Source: Cyanophora paradoxa CCMP329
Lineage: Eukaryota; Plantae; Glaucophyta
Length of the DNA: 64,000 nt
Assembly (NCBI GenBank): GCA_004431415.1
Contig: QPMI01000244.1
Span: 17,496 to 81,495 of the forward strand
Reading direction: 5' to 3'
Every line of letters starts with the position of its first letter. Position 1 is the first letter of the stretch. Below the pieces are notes generated by a model. That model was given only the letters and a program-made list of their open reading frames with translations. It was not told where the DNA came from and did no database searches. Below are positions 19,377 through 30,514 of this stretch, in pieces. The position numbers and the translations under genes were made by a program.

Positions 19377-21921
19377 ATGAGCGCGCTTAAAGGCCTCGCG
19401 GCGGCCCTGGAGGCGGACGGCTGGCCGCCGATCAGCGTAGATCGCTTGCAGGAGCATCTCGGCGCTGTGACCGCTGCAGAGGGGCGTTCTGCCGTCCTGA
19501 ATGTCGATCTGCGCAAGCTGCAACCCGCGGAGCAGCTCCCGAAGGTGCGCGGCTGCTCCGTCGCTGAGTGCAGCCTAGTCGCTGAGTGGCTGCTGACCCG
19601 TTCCGGCGCAGGACATCAACTCGGCAAAGAATACGGAGCTGAAGGCCCCCGTTGTCCTCCAGGTGCTGCAGCCTTCTTTCGGGCCTTCTTTCGGGCCTTC
19701 TTTCAGTGCTCACGCGTGCACTCGCAGGTCCTGAGCGTGAAGAACATATGCCAGCCTTCAATACGGCAAGAGGCGAACGAGAACGCGAGAATGCTGCGGC
19801 TCGAGCTCACTGAGTGCGCCCCCCCCCTCTTCCCGCTACCCCCCCCCCTCCTCCCCCTCCCCTCCACCCCCCTCTACCCCTTACCCCCTGCCCCCTTCCC
19901 ACCCCGCCTCTCAGTGGAAACACGAAATGCGTGGCGATCGGTGAGCTTCATTATGATTCGAAGTCGCTCGGATTCTCACTCCTCAACAGAATTCAAACGA
20001 GTGAACTTCCTGTCGATGAACACGGCCCCCGGAACGAAACTTCGGATCTCGAAAGCTCAGGCAAGCATCCGAAACAGTGCCTCGAGTACCAGCACACAAT
20101 GACCAAGCCTCAGGTCCGAAACGGGATCATCTGCCTGGAAGAGAGCAACACGAAGCTGCTCGGCGGGCGCGTCGAAGGTCGGCCTGGCCGGCGCGCGGCC
20201 CCTGGAAGCGGGCGGGTGCTGACGGGCGCCGCAGAGCTCGCTAAGAAATACGAGGAGGAGAAGCGCATGCAGATCATCCAGCGGGCGCGCGGGACGGGGG
20301 CGGCCGCGGGCAACGCCGTCGCCGACGGGCCGCCGCCCTTCCGGCCCTTCGCGGGTCGGCAGGCGTCGGCGGCCAAGGCCGGCAAGGCGGCGCCCCCGGC
20401 GACCCCGACCCCGCGGCAGCCGGCGGAGCCCCGGGCGCAAGCGGCCTCGGGAGGGCCCGGCGCGTCCGGCAGGCCTAGGCCCTCTGAGCCGCCTCTCCAG
20501 CCTCGGCCGGCGCCGTCGGAGGCGTCGCCGGCGGCGAGCCGAGCCGGTGGCGGAGGAGCTCCCCCTGGCTTCGAGAGGCCGTCCAGCTCGCGGGGGCAGC
20601 CGCCCGGGGCGGCGCAAGCTCCGCCAACCTCGGGACGACCGGCGAGCGCGGGGGCGGCGCGTCCGGCGGCGCAGCCGCAGCCGGCGGCGACTCCCGCGAA
20701 AGCAGCGCCTCCTGCAGCCGCCGCGCAGCCTTCTGCGCCGCCCGCGGCCGGAGACGCGCGAGGCCCGCGGCCCGAGGGACTTACAGCCGAAGGTGCGGCC
20801 TCGTCGAACGGGCCCGTGCCGGCTCCCCTGAACTCCTTCCGGCAGCCCCGAGGCGCGAGAAGGGCTCCGGGCCGGGGCCTCAGACGGCGGCGCCTGCCGC
20901 GGAGCCGAGACCCGCCCAGCAGCCGGCGGCGCAGGCGCAGGCGTTCCAGCAGGCGGCGGGGCAGGACGGAGCGCGGGCCTCGAGGAAGAAGCCGGAGATG
21001 GAGCGGTACACGCCGCGCGGCAGGCCGAGCTCCGGCCTCAACCCCGCCGCCCCCGCCTTCCTGCTCCCCCAGCCCGCCCCGCCGCCAGCAGCGCCCTCGC
21101 AGGGCCAGCACCAGCAGCCGCCCGCACATACCCCGGCACCCCAGCAGCCGGCCCCGGAGCGGCAGCCGAGGCAGCGCGGGCAGCGGGGAGGCCATGCGGC
21201 GCAGAGCGGGAGGGAGCGCCCGGCGTCAGGCGCGCCCAGCCGGCTCCCGGACACTGGCGACATGCGGCAGTTCCCCTCGCAGTTCACGGCGAGCGTCGTC
21301 TGCTGCGGGGTCGGGCTGATTCACGTCCAGTCAGCCTATTGCCTTCAACTCGTCATCAGCGATGCGGAAAAGGTCCTTCCGTTGTTCCGGCACTCCAGCT
21401 CTTCAATCTGATCTCCGCTCGCAATCGCGCAGACGCTCTCTGTGTCGACGGCGCCTGCCCTCTCTCAGTCTCTCCTGGGGATGGACGCGAGCGGCGTCGC
21501 CCGAGAGATGTCGACGGCGGACGGTCAGGCGAACCTCCAGATTCTGCTCGCCGGCCTGCACGACCGCCTCAGCGGTCCGCCCCGCACCCTCGCCCGGCCC
21601 CCATCCGCCCACCATCTCCGCTGACTCGCTGCTCGACGCTTGACAGGCGCCCGGCTGACGGCCACCCTCCTGGCGACCGCACCGATACCGCCGGCCGCTG
21701 GCGCGCCCGACGCCCCGCTCGCTTCCGGCGCTATCCGGCAGGTGCGCCGGCGCGCTCCAGCTGGGATCCTCCTTGCGGTCGCGGCTAACGAGGCGCAGGC
21801 GATTGGGGCGCTCTCGGTCCTCTCCTTGTCCCCTGCGTCTGGCTGAAGGCTCACGAATTGCATTCTCTTTTCTCTTCCGGGCGATGCGAGGATTCCGCTC
21901 CGGAACGCTACTTTAAGATAG
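19377..21921 (+). CDS. TDRD3/RMI1-like OB-fold protein (topoisomerase III partner family); multi-exon, 3' end approximate
   Basis: Spliced reading LNVDLRKL...PVVLQVLSVKNICQP...RMLRLELTDGNTKCVAIEFKRV..LSMNTAPGTKLRI..AQVRNGIICLEESNTKLLGGRVEEL fits the RMI1_N/TDRD3 OB fold; GPPPFRPF follows; long low-complexity linker; RMI1_C-like tail. Confidence 0.8.
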
Positions 21922-22343
21922 GCCGGCTGTGCAGAAGAGGAGGGGAGCAAGAGGGGAGGGGAGGGGGGTCGTGGGGTGGAAGGGGTGGGGGGGAGGGGGG
22001 GGGGGGGGGGAGGCCGGGGAGATGAGGCCCACCCGATCCTGATCATGATCATGATCATGAAATCAAATATTTAATAGCACTCGAATTCGAATAGATAAAC
22101 ATGATCATAAGCGCTTGCCAAAATAATGCATGCCGCTAATGCAAATATTTACAAGCCGCCGGGCTGCAGCCTCCGAACGCGGCACGACTGCGAGGCCTAG
22201 CTATAGGGGCGTCCGCGGGCTGGCCCTTGCCGCCCCCCCTCAGCGCGGCTCGCCCTTGCCGCAGTGCCTCCGAACGAGGCCGCCTCTCGCGACCGCCAGC
22301 CGGCGACGGACGCGGCGCGGGGCGGGGCGCGCGAGAGGCCCCC

Positions 22344-23138
22344 TCACAGGAGGTGCTCTGTGGCGAAGGCGTCGGCGGCAAAGAGGCCCTCCGCCCCGAA
22401 CGCCGCCTCCGCCCCGTACCCCTCCGCCCCCGCCAGCGCCCCTCCATCGAACGCCGCCTCCCCGTCCCCGTCGGCCGTCTGCAGGGGAGACGGCTTCGGA
22501 CAGGGGCGCGCACAGGCGATAGCTATAGGCGAGTCAAGGCGCACCAGGGCGGGGGCGGAGTCGTCGGCGAGGTCGACGTCGTCGGCGGCGGGGTCGACGC
22601 GGTACGGGTCTACGTCGAGCTCGCGGAAGGGGCGCGTGACCGTGCTCGCTGCTTTGGAGGCGGCCCCCTTGACGCACCTGCCCAGCCGCTCGCACGCCGA
22701 GCGGAGGCGCCCGTGCCCCCCCTGCTGGCCCTCGCCCCCGCCCCCGCCCCCGCGGCCGCCGTACATGCCGTAGGCGTTCGGGGCGGCGTTGATCCGTGCG
22801 AACTGGCGCTGGGCCGGCGGCGCCGGCACGCTCGCCTGCGGGATGATCGTCTGCACATACTGCGTCGTGTCCTCAGGGATGATCGTCTGCACTGGGTACC
22901 CCTGGGGCGGGGGACCGGCGCGGCCGGCCGCGAGCTGGCTGGGATAGTGGATAACGACACTCTGCGTCGTGTCCTCAGGAATGATCGTCCTCACATACTG
23001 AGGCTCATGATGAGGCCGGGCCTGGGGCGGGGGGCCGCGGCCGGCCCCGCCGGCCGCGGGGCTGGCATAGCGGTAAACGACTTGCTCGGTCGTGTCCTCC
23101 GGAATGATGATCCGCGGCACGAAGCCCTGGTAGCTCAT
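22344..23138 (-). CDS. Single-exon hypothetical protein (264 aa) with IIPEDTT repeats
   Basis: ATG-initiated ORF with coding-like composition; three IIPEDTT copies plus a partial fourth (TIIPQ). Confidence 0.6.
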   Translation of the reverse strand: MSYQGFVPRIIIPEDTTEQVVYRYASPAAGGAGRGPPPQARPHHEPQYVRTIIPEDTTQSVVIHYPSQLAAGRAGPPPQGYPVQTIIPEDTTQYVQTIIPQASVPAPPAQRQFARINAAPNAYGMYGGRGGGGGGEGQQGGHGRLRSACERLGRCVKGAASKAASTVTRPFRELDVDPYRVDPAADDVDLADDSAPALVRLDSPIAIACARPCPKPSPLQTADGDGEAAFDGGALAGAEGYGAEAAFGAEGLFAADAFATEHLL

Positions 23139-24106
23139 GACGGCGTCGGCGTCGGCGTCTGCGGCCGCGGTCGACGTACATGCGCGCGGGTCCGGCGTAC
23201 ATGTACATGTCAGACCGTCGGACGCAATTGCAAGGTTTAAGCCGCTGAGCCGCGGTTGTAGAGTGCGCGCGCGTCGACCGCGGGGCGCTATATATTTGGC
23301 GGGCTATATATGCACGCCCATGGCCATGCCCAGCTGGTACGTATATATATACATGGTGACCAATGTGCAATTAAAAGGACTAGTCACTGAGTACTAGTAC
23401 TTTGAATTTATGATCATGATCAGTTTGGAAGGGCACTAGGGCGCATGCGCAGTACGAGTAACACCGCGCGCAGCGCCGGCACGCCCCGCGGCCGGCCGCG
23501 GCCGTCACGCTCTCGGATCCTATGTAGCTAAGCCAGCTGCAGCGCTAGCAGAGGACGCTCGCACCTGAACAGAGAGGACGCAGTCGTCTCTGGCCTCGCA
23601 GTCGTCGGCGACCTCCCCGAGCTCCCTGCAATCACAGGATTCACAGCGCTGATAAACGCTGCCCGGTGACGCAGCAGACGTACGCGTCCACGTCACGACC
23701 TGTACCCGGAATCATTTCCCTCCGGCTCCGCCGGACCGCCGGCGCCGCCCAAACTCGGCGGCGGGCCAGGGTCCAGGGCCTCCGGAATTCGGATCCGCCG
23801 GCCCTCCGGATCCGGAGGCCCTCCAGCCCCCTATATAGTACTATAGTTTGTTAGTTAGTAGTTTGTTAGTACTATACTAGTGCTGGCCATGGTACGTCGT
23901 GCAAGTGCAATTCCCATGGCCGGCGACGCCCCTGCTCGCGCCAAATCTCCGCGCAGAGGCTCGCGGCTCCCTCGGCGAGGAGCCCGAGTCAGCTCCACAT
24001 CTACAGCGACTTGGGTGCGCATACGTGGATCATCGGATCGAATTGCGAGGCTATCTAGCTATAGCTTGGGGGCGAGGGGGCGGGGCGGGGGCGGGGCGGG
24101 GGCGGG

Positions 24107-26114
24107 CTAGCTATCGGGCTTGGCGGCGAGGAGGAAGAGGGCGTCGTACTCGAAGCGGAGCATCGAGTCGGCCGCCGCGCAGTACCGCGCCCGCCGGTGG
24201 CCCCGCTCCACCACCTGCCCCGCCCCGCCCCGCCCCGCCCCCTCAGCCGGGGAGCACGGGGCGCGAGGGGCGCGCGGGGCGGCGGGCGCGCCGTGAGACC
24301 GGCGCAGGCGGCGGCGGCGGCGACCTCCTCCGCCGTCAGCTCCACCGTGAAGGGCCGCCCCGCCGCCGGCCCGCCGCCGGCCCCGCGCCGCCCGAGCCAG
24401 AAGCGCCGCCGCCGGCGGCGCGGACGAGGCGGGCGCTGCGGGGGCGGCTCGAGGGGGCGGGCGGGGCGCGGGGGCGGGGGGGCGGACAGGATGTCGGCCT
24501 CGGGGACGGGGCTCGTCTCGGAGTAGTGGTTGTAGAGGAGCGCCCCTACCCCCGCGACCGCGCCCCCGCCCGCCCGCCTCAGAGCGAGCTGGCGGGGCGG
24601 GGCGGGGCGGGGCGGGGGGCGTGGCGGGGACCGAGGTTGATCCAGAGGCCGCCGGGGCGGAGGGCGCGGGCGATGGTGGCGAGGTACTTCACCAGGTTCG
24701 TCCCTGCCCGCGGGGCCCGTCAGGCGGGGCGGCGGGGGCCCCGGGGCGGGGGCGGGCGCCGGTGTCGATGAAGAAGGCGGTGACGACGACGTCCCAGGCC
24801 CCCGCCGCCCCCGCCCCGCCGTACGTCTGCCCCCGCCTCAGCGCCCAGGCGGCGGGGCGGCGGGGGGAGGCCGGGGCACCTCGACGAAGTCCCCCGCGGC
24901 GAACGTCAGGCGCGGCTCGCCCTCCCCCTGGAAGACCTGAGGGGGGAGGCGGCGGGGCTCGGAGGGGGCGGGGCAGAGGGGGCGGGGCAGGGAGAGCGGG
25001 GCCGGCGCACGCTGGAGACGTCGACGTCGGGGAAGGACAGGCGCCGGCATGGGCCCGCGAAGCTGCCCGGGCCTCAGGGGGCGGAGAGGGAGGGCAGGAG
25101 GCGGAGGGGCGGGGGCGGGGGCGCCTGCGGGTGTTGAGCGCCGCGTGGGCGTCCGGGCAGATCTCGAAGGCCCCCGCCCCGCGCCCCGCCAGCGCGTTCA
25201 TCAGCGCGAACGACGCCACCAGCATGTACTGCTCTCCGTGAGGGCGGTTCCGGCAGGAGGCGGGGTGGAGGGGCACCGTGTTGTCCTCGTTCGCCTGGGC
25301 GCGGAAGCCGCGGGATGCGATCTCCCACGCGAGGCGCCCGAGGCCCGCCCCGGGTACCAGCACTCGCACCGCGTCCCGCTGCCCGGGGCTCACGGGCGGC
25401 CGGGGGGTACAGGGGCGGGGAGGGGTACAGGGGCGCGGCGGGCGCACGGGGGTGCCCTGCGTGGCGTGCCAGTGCTCGAGGGCCTCCAGCAGCGGCCCGT
25501 ACCCCTCGGCGCGCTCCTCCGCCCCCGCGGCCGTCCACTCGCGCTTCAGTTGGGCGAGCACCTGCCCCCGGCGGCGCCGGCGGCGGTGAGGGGCGGCGAG
25601 GGCGGCGCGGCGCGGGGGCCGGGGCGCGCCTGGAGGACGAAGGGCTGGGCCTCAAGGAGGGCCCGCCAGAGGGCCCGCGGGGCGTCGCCGGGGGCCGGCG
25701 GCAGCGCGCGGCCGGCGACGCGCACGCCGAGGTTCCACTGGACGCGCTTGCGGGGCCCCGACGTGTCGAGCAGCGAGGCCGCCCGCGACGCGCCGGTGAT
25801 CGCCCGGAACAGCGCCGCGTTCGCGTTGACGGCCTCCCGCACCTGCCCGCCCCACCCCGCGCGCTCGCTCGGCCCTGAACTCGAAGACGGCGAGCTCGGG
25901 CTCGCGGCGGGCGCGTGCGGACCTCGTGCGCGCGCTTCGCGACGAGATCGCGGAACGGGGCCCACTGGGCGGAGGCCGGATCGCCGCCGGCGTCGCGTAC
26001 AGCGCTCTCGGCGGTAGCCTCGATGCGGTCCACGTAGGCGGGTCCGAAGTAGTCGCAATAGAAGCGGAACGTGTCCAGCGCGAACGCGAACGGCTCCACG
26101 TCCTGAACCGCCAT
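24107..26114 (-). CDS. CARNMT1: Carnosine N-methyltransferase-like (N2227 family) SAM-dependent methyltransferase; multi-exon
   Basis: QLKREWTAAGAEER; VLVPGAGLGRLAWEIASRGF; AGDFVE; WDVVVTAFFIDT; LRPGGLWINLG; VELTAEEV; ends FEYDALFLLAAKPDS*. Confidence 0.85.
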
Positions 26115-26649
26115 CGCCGCAGCGCCCGCGGCCTAGACCTCGCGCTCGCCCGACCTGCAGCTGCAGGCGCGCGCACAGGCGCTAGGCCGATCTAAAAGGT
26201 TGCTCTGATCTGTAAGATCGACACACACAGAGCAAGAATTCAAGACTTGCACGGGCCGGGTACGGGCCGGGTACGCGCAAATCCGACCAATGTTCGCTAC
26301 AGGCCTCCTCGTCCCAGCGGAACCCCGCAGCTCGCCGCTCGCGTCGTTCGGCGCCAGCGCCCGTTCTTTCGTCTCTGCAGGCGCGCTGGCGCGGCGACCC
26401 CGCTCACGGAAGCGCTTCGAGGCCGTCGTACGCAGCGCCCGGGCGCAGGAGGCCGGCCCGGAAGGCGAGTGCCTGCCTTTCGAAGCTTCGAGGGTTGATT
26501 GAACTAATTCCGCACGTTTCTGTTCAGAACGAGGGAATTTTACGCCCGGCGATGAAGGCAAGCTCGAATGCTAGCTTGCCGCACGTCCCACGCCTCGATT
26601 CGGGTTCAAAATTCCTTCCTCGCGAGCGCAGCTGCTCAGCGCTTCACGC

Positions 26650-27556
26650 ATGGCGTCCGCGAGCGTGTCTGGGTGGTCGCGGCGGACCGGGCCCGGGCGC
26701 GCGTCTTCGCCGTGCACCGCCCGGACGCCGAGGAGCGCCTGACGACGGCGGAGCACCCGGAGGATCGGTTCCACGCGCGGGACCGCGGCCTCCGCTCGCA
26801 CCCGACGGAGGAGCTGCACGAGTTCGAGGACCTCGTCGCCCCGCAGAGTGCGCCCCGCCCGCGCCTCCCGCCCCGGCCTTCCTCATTGGATCCGACGCCT
26901 CATTCGGCGCCAGGCAGGCTCCCGGAGCGGGAGTCGCGCTCGGACGACAGCGGGCGCTTCGCGAGCCGCCCCGCCCCGCGCACGAGCGCCTCGCGCCGCG
27001 TCGGCTCCCCGGGGCAGGAGGACGACGTGGAGGTGTATCCCCCGCTCCCCCTCGCGCCCGAGCTCGTCCCCCTCGCCGGCCGACCATGAGCTTCCGGGGC
27101 GGGCAGACGGAGCGGTTCGCGCGGCAGCTGGCGGACACCCTCGAGGAGGCGCGCGCCGCCGGCCGTATGGACGTCCGCCCCTCACGGCCTCCCTCCCCGC
27201 CGCCCCGCGGCCCCGCGCCTCCGCGCCTCACGCCGCCCGCAGAAGTTCTACTTCGCGGCGGGCCCGCAGTTCATCGGCGCCTTCCGGTCCGCGGCCCGCC
27301 GGCCCCGCCTCGCCCCCGCCCCGGCCCACGGGCGCCGAGCCGCGCAGGAAGGAGCTGGGCGGCCGCCCCGCCCTCCGCGGCGCGCTCGTCGACGAGGCGC
27401 GAGAGCCCCGCCCCGCCCCCGCCCCCCGCCGCCACCGGGGCCCGCCGGCGGCCGACAGCGAAGGTGCCGGGGCGGGCGCAGGTGAAGAAGAGCGTGGTGG
27501 ACATGTCGACGCACGCCATCCGCGAGGCCCTCGGCGACGACCTCCGCCGCCGCTGA
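26650..27556 (+). CDS. Host attachment protein family (Host_attach/AtsE, baeRF12-like release-factor fold); intron-containing
   Basis: Spliced reading MASASVWVVAADRARARVF...RESRSDDSGRF...ERFARQLADTLEEARAAGRMEKFYFAAGPQFIGAFRKEL...LVDEVKKSVVDMSTHAIREAL matches the family pattern W(I/V)xxADxxRARxF / SDxxGR / FAxxLAxxL / APxFLGxLR. Confidence 0.75.
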
Positions 27557-27648
27557 CCGCCCCGCCCCGCCCCCCCGGCCCGCCCCCGCAGGCCCTCGCT
27601 GGCCGAGCCCCGCGCCCGCCCTGTAAATACCGCGCGCACAGAGGCGCC

Positions 27649-28712
27649 TCACTTGCTGAAGGTGAATGCCTCCGGGGCGGGGTGCGGAGGGTGCCGGAGG
27701 CGGCGGGCTCCCGAAGTTGGCCCAGCTCGCGCTCACGCCGCTGGCCGCCCCGGGGCTCCGCGGCCCGGGCCCTGGCGGCGCGACCGGCCCCGCGCGCTCT
27801 CGTCCGAGTCGCTCTCGAGCTCCACCGGCGCCGGCTGCGGCCCCGTCACACCTGCGGCGCGGCCCCGCGCCGGCGGCGGCCGGCCCACGCACCCTCCGCT
27901 GGCCCCCGACTGCGCCGCTCCCGCCCCCTCCACGACCCCGAGGGCCCCCCGCCCCGCCAAAGCCCCCGGACTCCTTTGGGAGCCTGCGGCACGCTCAGGG
28001 GCCACGGAGCAGGGCCGGAGGGGCGGCCGCGCACCGGTGCTCCGCTCCGCGGCGCCGAGGGAGGCCGCGGAGGCGCTCCGGAGGCCGGCGCCCTGCGACG
28101 GCTGCGGCGCCGCGTGGGGCGTCCGCCCCGCCAGCGCGCCCCGCTGCAGCTCCGCCAGTATCGTGTACAGCAGCGGCCTGGGCGGCCCGTGAGCGGAGCC
28201 GCCGCCGCGATTGGGGCCCGCCCGCCGCACGCGCGTCCGCCACGCACAGCTGCATTGTGCTCGAGTCCTCGGGGATGCGCAAGTCGTGCGCAAGGAGGCG
28301 CCTGTCCAGCTGCTCCTCCGGCTGCCCCGACTCTGCGCCCGGTTCAAGCGCGAAGCGGACGGCAGCGGCCTGCACGGACCCGGAAGAAAGACGCAGAGCG
28401 TGTTCTTGTACTTGTTCCACTCCAAATACTCCCTTATTAGCTCGTTGATCAGCAGGTTCTCGTTCGATAGCTGTGGGCGCGGCTCGTCCTGCTAGCTTTG
28501 TCAGCAGCCCGCAGTGGCGCAGGCGGGGGCGGAGCCGCACATGATCATCGAGCGCGCCGAATATCTCGGCCCGGATGCGAGCGCGTATCTGCCGCAGCAC
28601 GCCCTTGCCTTCCAGCGTGTCCTTCAACGCTGCCTGCCGCGTCGGCGCAAGATCTGGGCGCGAGCGCTCGCGGCCACAACGCACCCGACTTCAGCTCCTC
28701 TACCGTCGCCAT
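27649..28712 (-). CDS. CEP20: Centrosomal/basal-body protein CEP20 (FOR20/FOPNL), LisH-like; multi-exon
   Basis: MATVEELKSALKDTLEGKGVLRQIRARIRAEIFGALDD...PRPQLSNENLLINELIREYLEWNKYKNT...ESGQP..LDR...PLLYTIL closely resembles FOR20. Confidence 0.9.
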
Positions 28713-28828
28713 CGCTGCAGCTGCGCCGCCGCTGGATTGGCTTTCGTGGTTGCAATTCGCGCCTTTTTTTCGCCTTGGGTACAGTGTCCCAGCCGCAGGC
28801 GGCGAAACTCGCAAGCCGCAATACCGGA

Positions 28829-29620
28829 ATGGAGACCAGGATAGTTCTTACATGCGCTGTGCTGGCGGCATCAGTCATGTCGGTCGCTGGTGCGTGGGTC
28901 CTGGCGCCTGGGAGCCGAACCGGGCCTCCTTGCGGGCCGCCGACCGCCGGCTGCCTGCTGCACATTTGTGTGCACCATATAAGACCGCCGGCCACGTCGC
29001 TGGATTTCGTGGGGCTTTTGAACGGGGTCGCTAGGCGGAGCCGCGTTCTAACGTCGGTTGCGTGGCCCCCGTGCGCTTAGCTCCCCGAGCGCTATTATTC
29101 CCTGCGATACGAACAGTATGGAGCGCCCATGCTCACCATTCGCCTCGCACGCACAGCGCAAGGCAGTCAGGCTCCTGTGGTCAGCCCCGCCGCCCTGGCG
29201 TCCTGTCACCGCCACTTGACGCTTGCCCGCAGGACCCTCATCGTGCTGCAGATCTCAAAATGGTCTGACGCCCTCGTGGGTCGCGCGGGCGTTGCATTGA
29301 CGCGGCCGCTCAGGGCCACACCATGCTCGTCATGTTCGCGGGCTCCTTCGGCGTGCTCATCGCCCTCGGCCTTCTTAGCTGGATCGGCTGCCTTGTCTAC
29401 CGCTACACGAACAAGAACAAGCCCAGCGCACAGATGCAGGCCCGCAGGCAGATCGTTGACAACGATGACCTGAAGGAGAATTTCCTGGGCGGGTGCGCAG
29501 GCCCCCCGCAGCGTCACTTAGATGAGCTTCCGCATATAGGTCGAAGCGAGCGCTGTGGGGCCCGCGCTACCTCCGCGCCCCGCTGACTGCGGTCGCCCGC
29601 AGCTGGATCAACAGCACTGA
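28829..29620 (+). CDS. Probable small single-pass membrane protein; multi-exon, boundaries uncertain
   Basis: Signal-like METRIVLTCAVLAASVMSVA then a GT donor; later exon MLVMFAGSFGVLIALGLLSWIGCLVYRYTNKNK (TM helix plus basic stop-transfer). Confidence 0.45.
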
Positions 29621-30514
29621 AGACGCGAAGCCTGGCAAGCAGGCCTTCGCGATGGCGGATAGCGCCGGCGCGTGCGGCGGCGGCGGTTGCTGCTAGGCTC
29701 CGGTTCGAGCTGCTAGGTTCGAGCTGTGTGTTTTATCTGTAAACCAGATTAGTCACTAGTGTAGGTGTGTACCGCTGAACGGACTCATATAGAGGGATGA
29801 TAGAGCCACCCCCACCCGGCACCCGCCCTCCAGAGCCCTGCGGCCCCTGGCCATGGCAACATGCAGCTGAGGCCCAGCCTGAGGGCACCGTGGCACATGT
29901 ACAGCCAGCTGCAGCTGCAGGCGCCAGCTGCATGCCAGCTGCGCATGCCGGGGCGCCGGCGCTTGACTAAGCATGATCATGATGTGTCGCAGTGCTGATA
30001 TCGATGTACATGTCGAAGACCGGCCTGGCCGGGCGCATTCTTGAGCTGCAGCCGACGCGAGCTCAGAAACGTGAACTGCACTGCCGCAGTGCGGCACGCA
30101 TTCAATGATTCGAGTGCCCAGCACGAACCAATGTGACGCCGGCATGTATTTGATGTTCTCAAGTTCTCCGCAGCTGCAGATGTGTGGTATACGCTTTTTG
30201 TGTTTTTGCAGCGTGTTAACCGGGGGGTGCGAGCCTCCTTGCTTCAGATCAAATAGCTTTGCATTAGACTTTCAGCTGCCGACACAGCTAAATCCTGCTT
30301 TCATCATTATGCTTAGGCAAAAGTTGAAATGCGCAAACAAAATGCGACGCGCGAGTCTGAGCACGCCGCAAGAAAGAGAAGGGGAGGGAGGGGGAGGCTA
30401 CTCTGCTGTTGAGCTCATCTGGTGGTACAGACGGCGCGCGCATACGGGCGAGCTCACTACTGGGATGCGCGCCGGCAGGCGGGCGAGAGAGCCCGCGCAG
30501 CGACGGGAAGCCGC

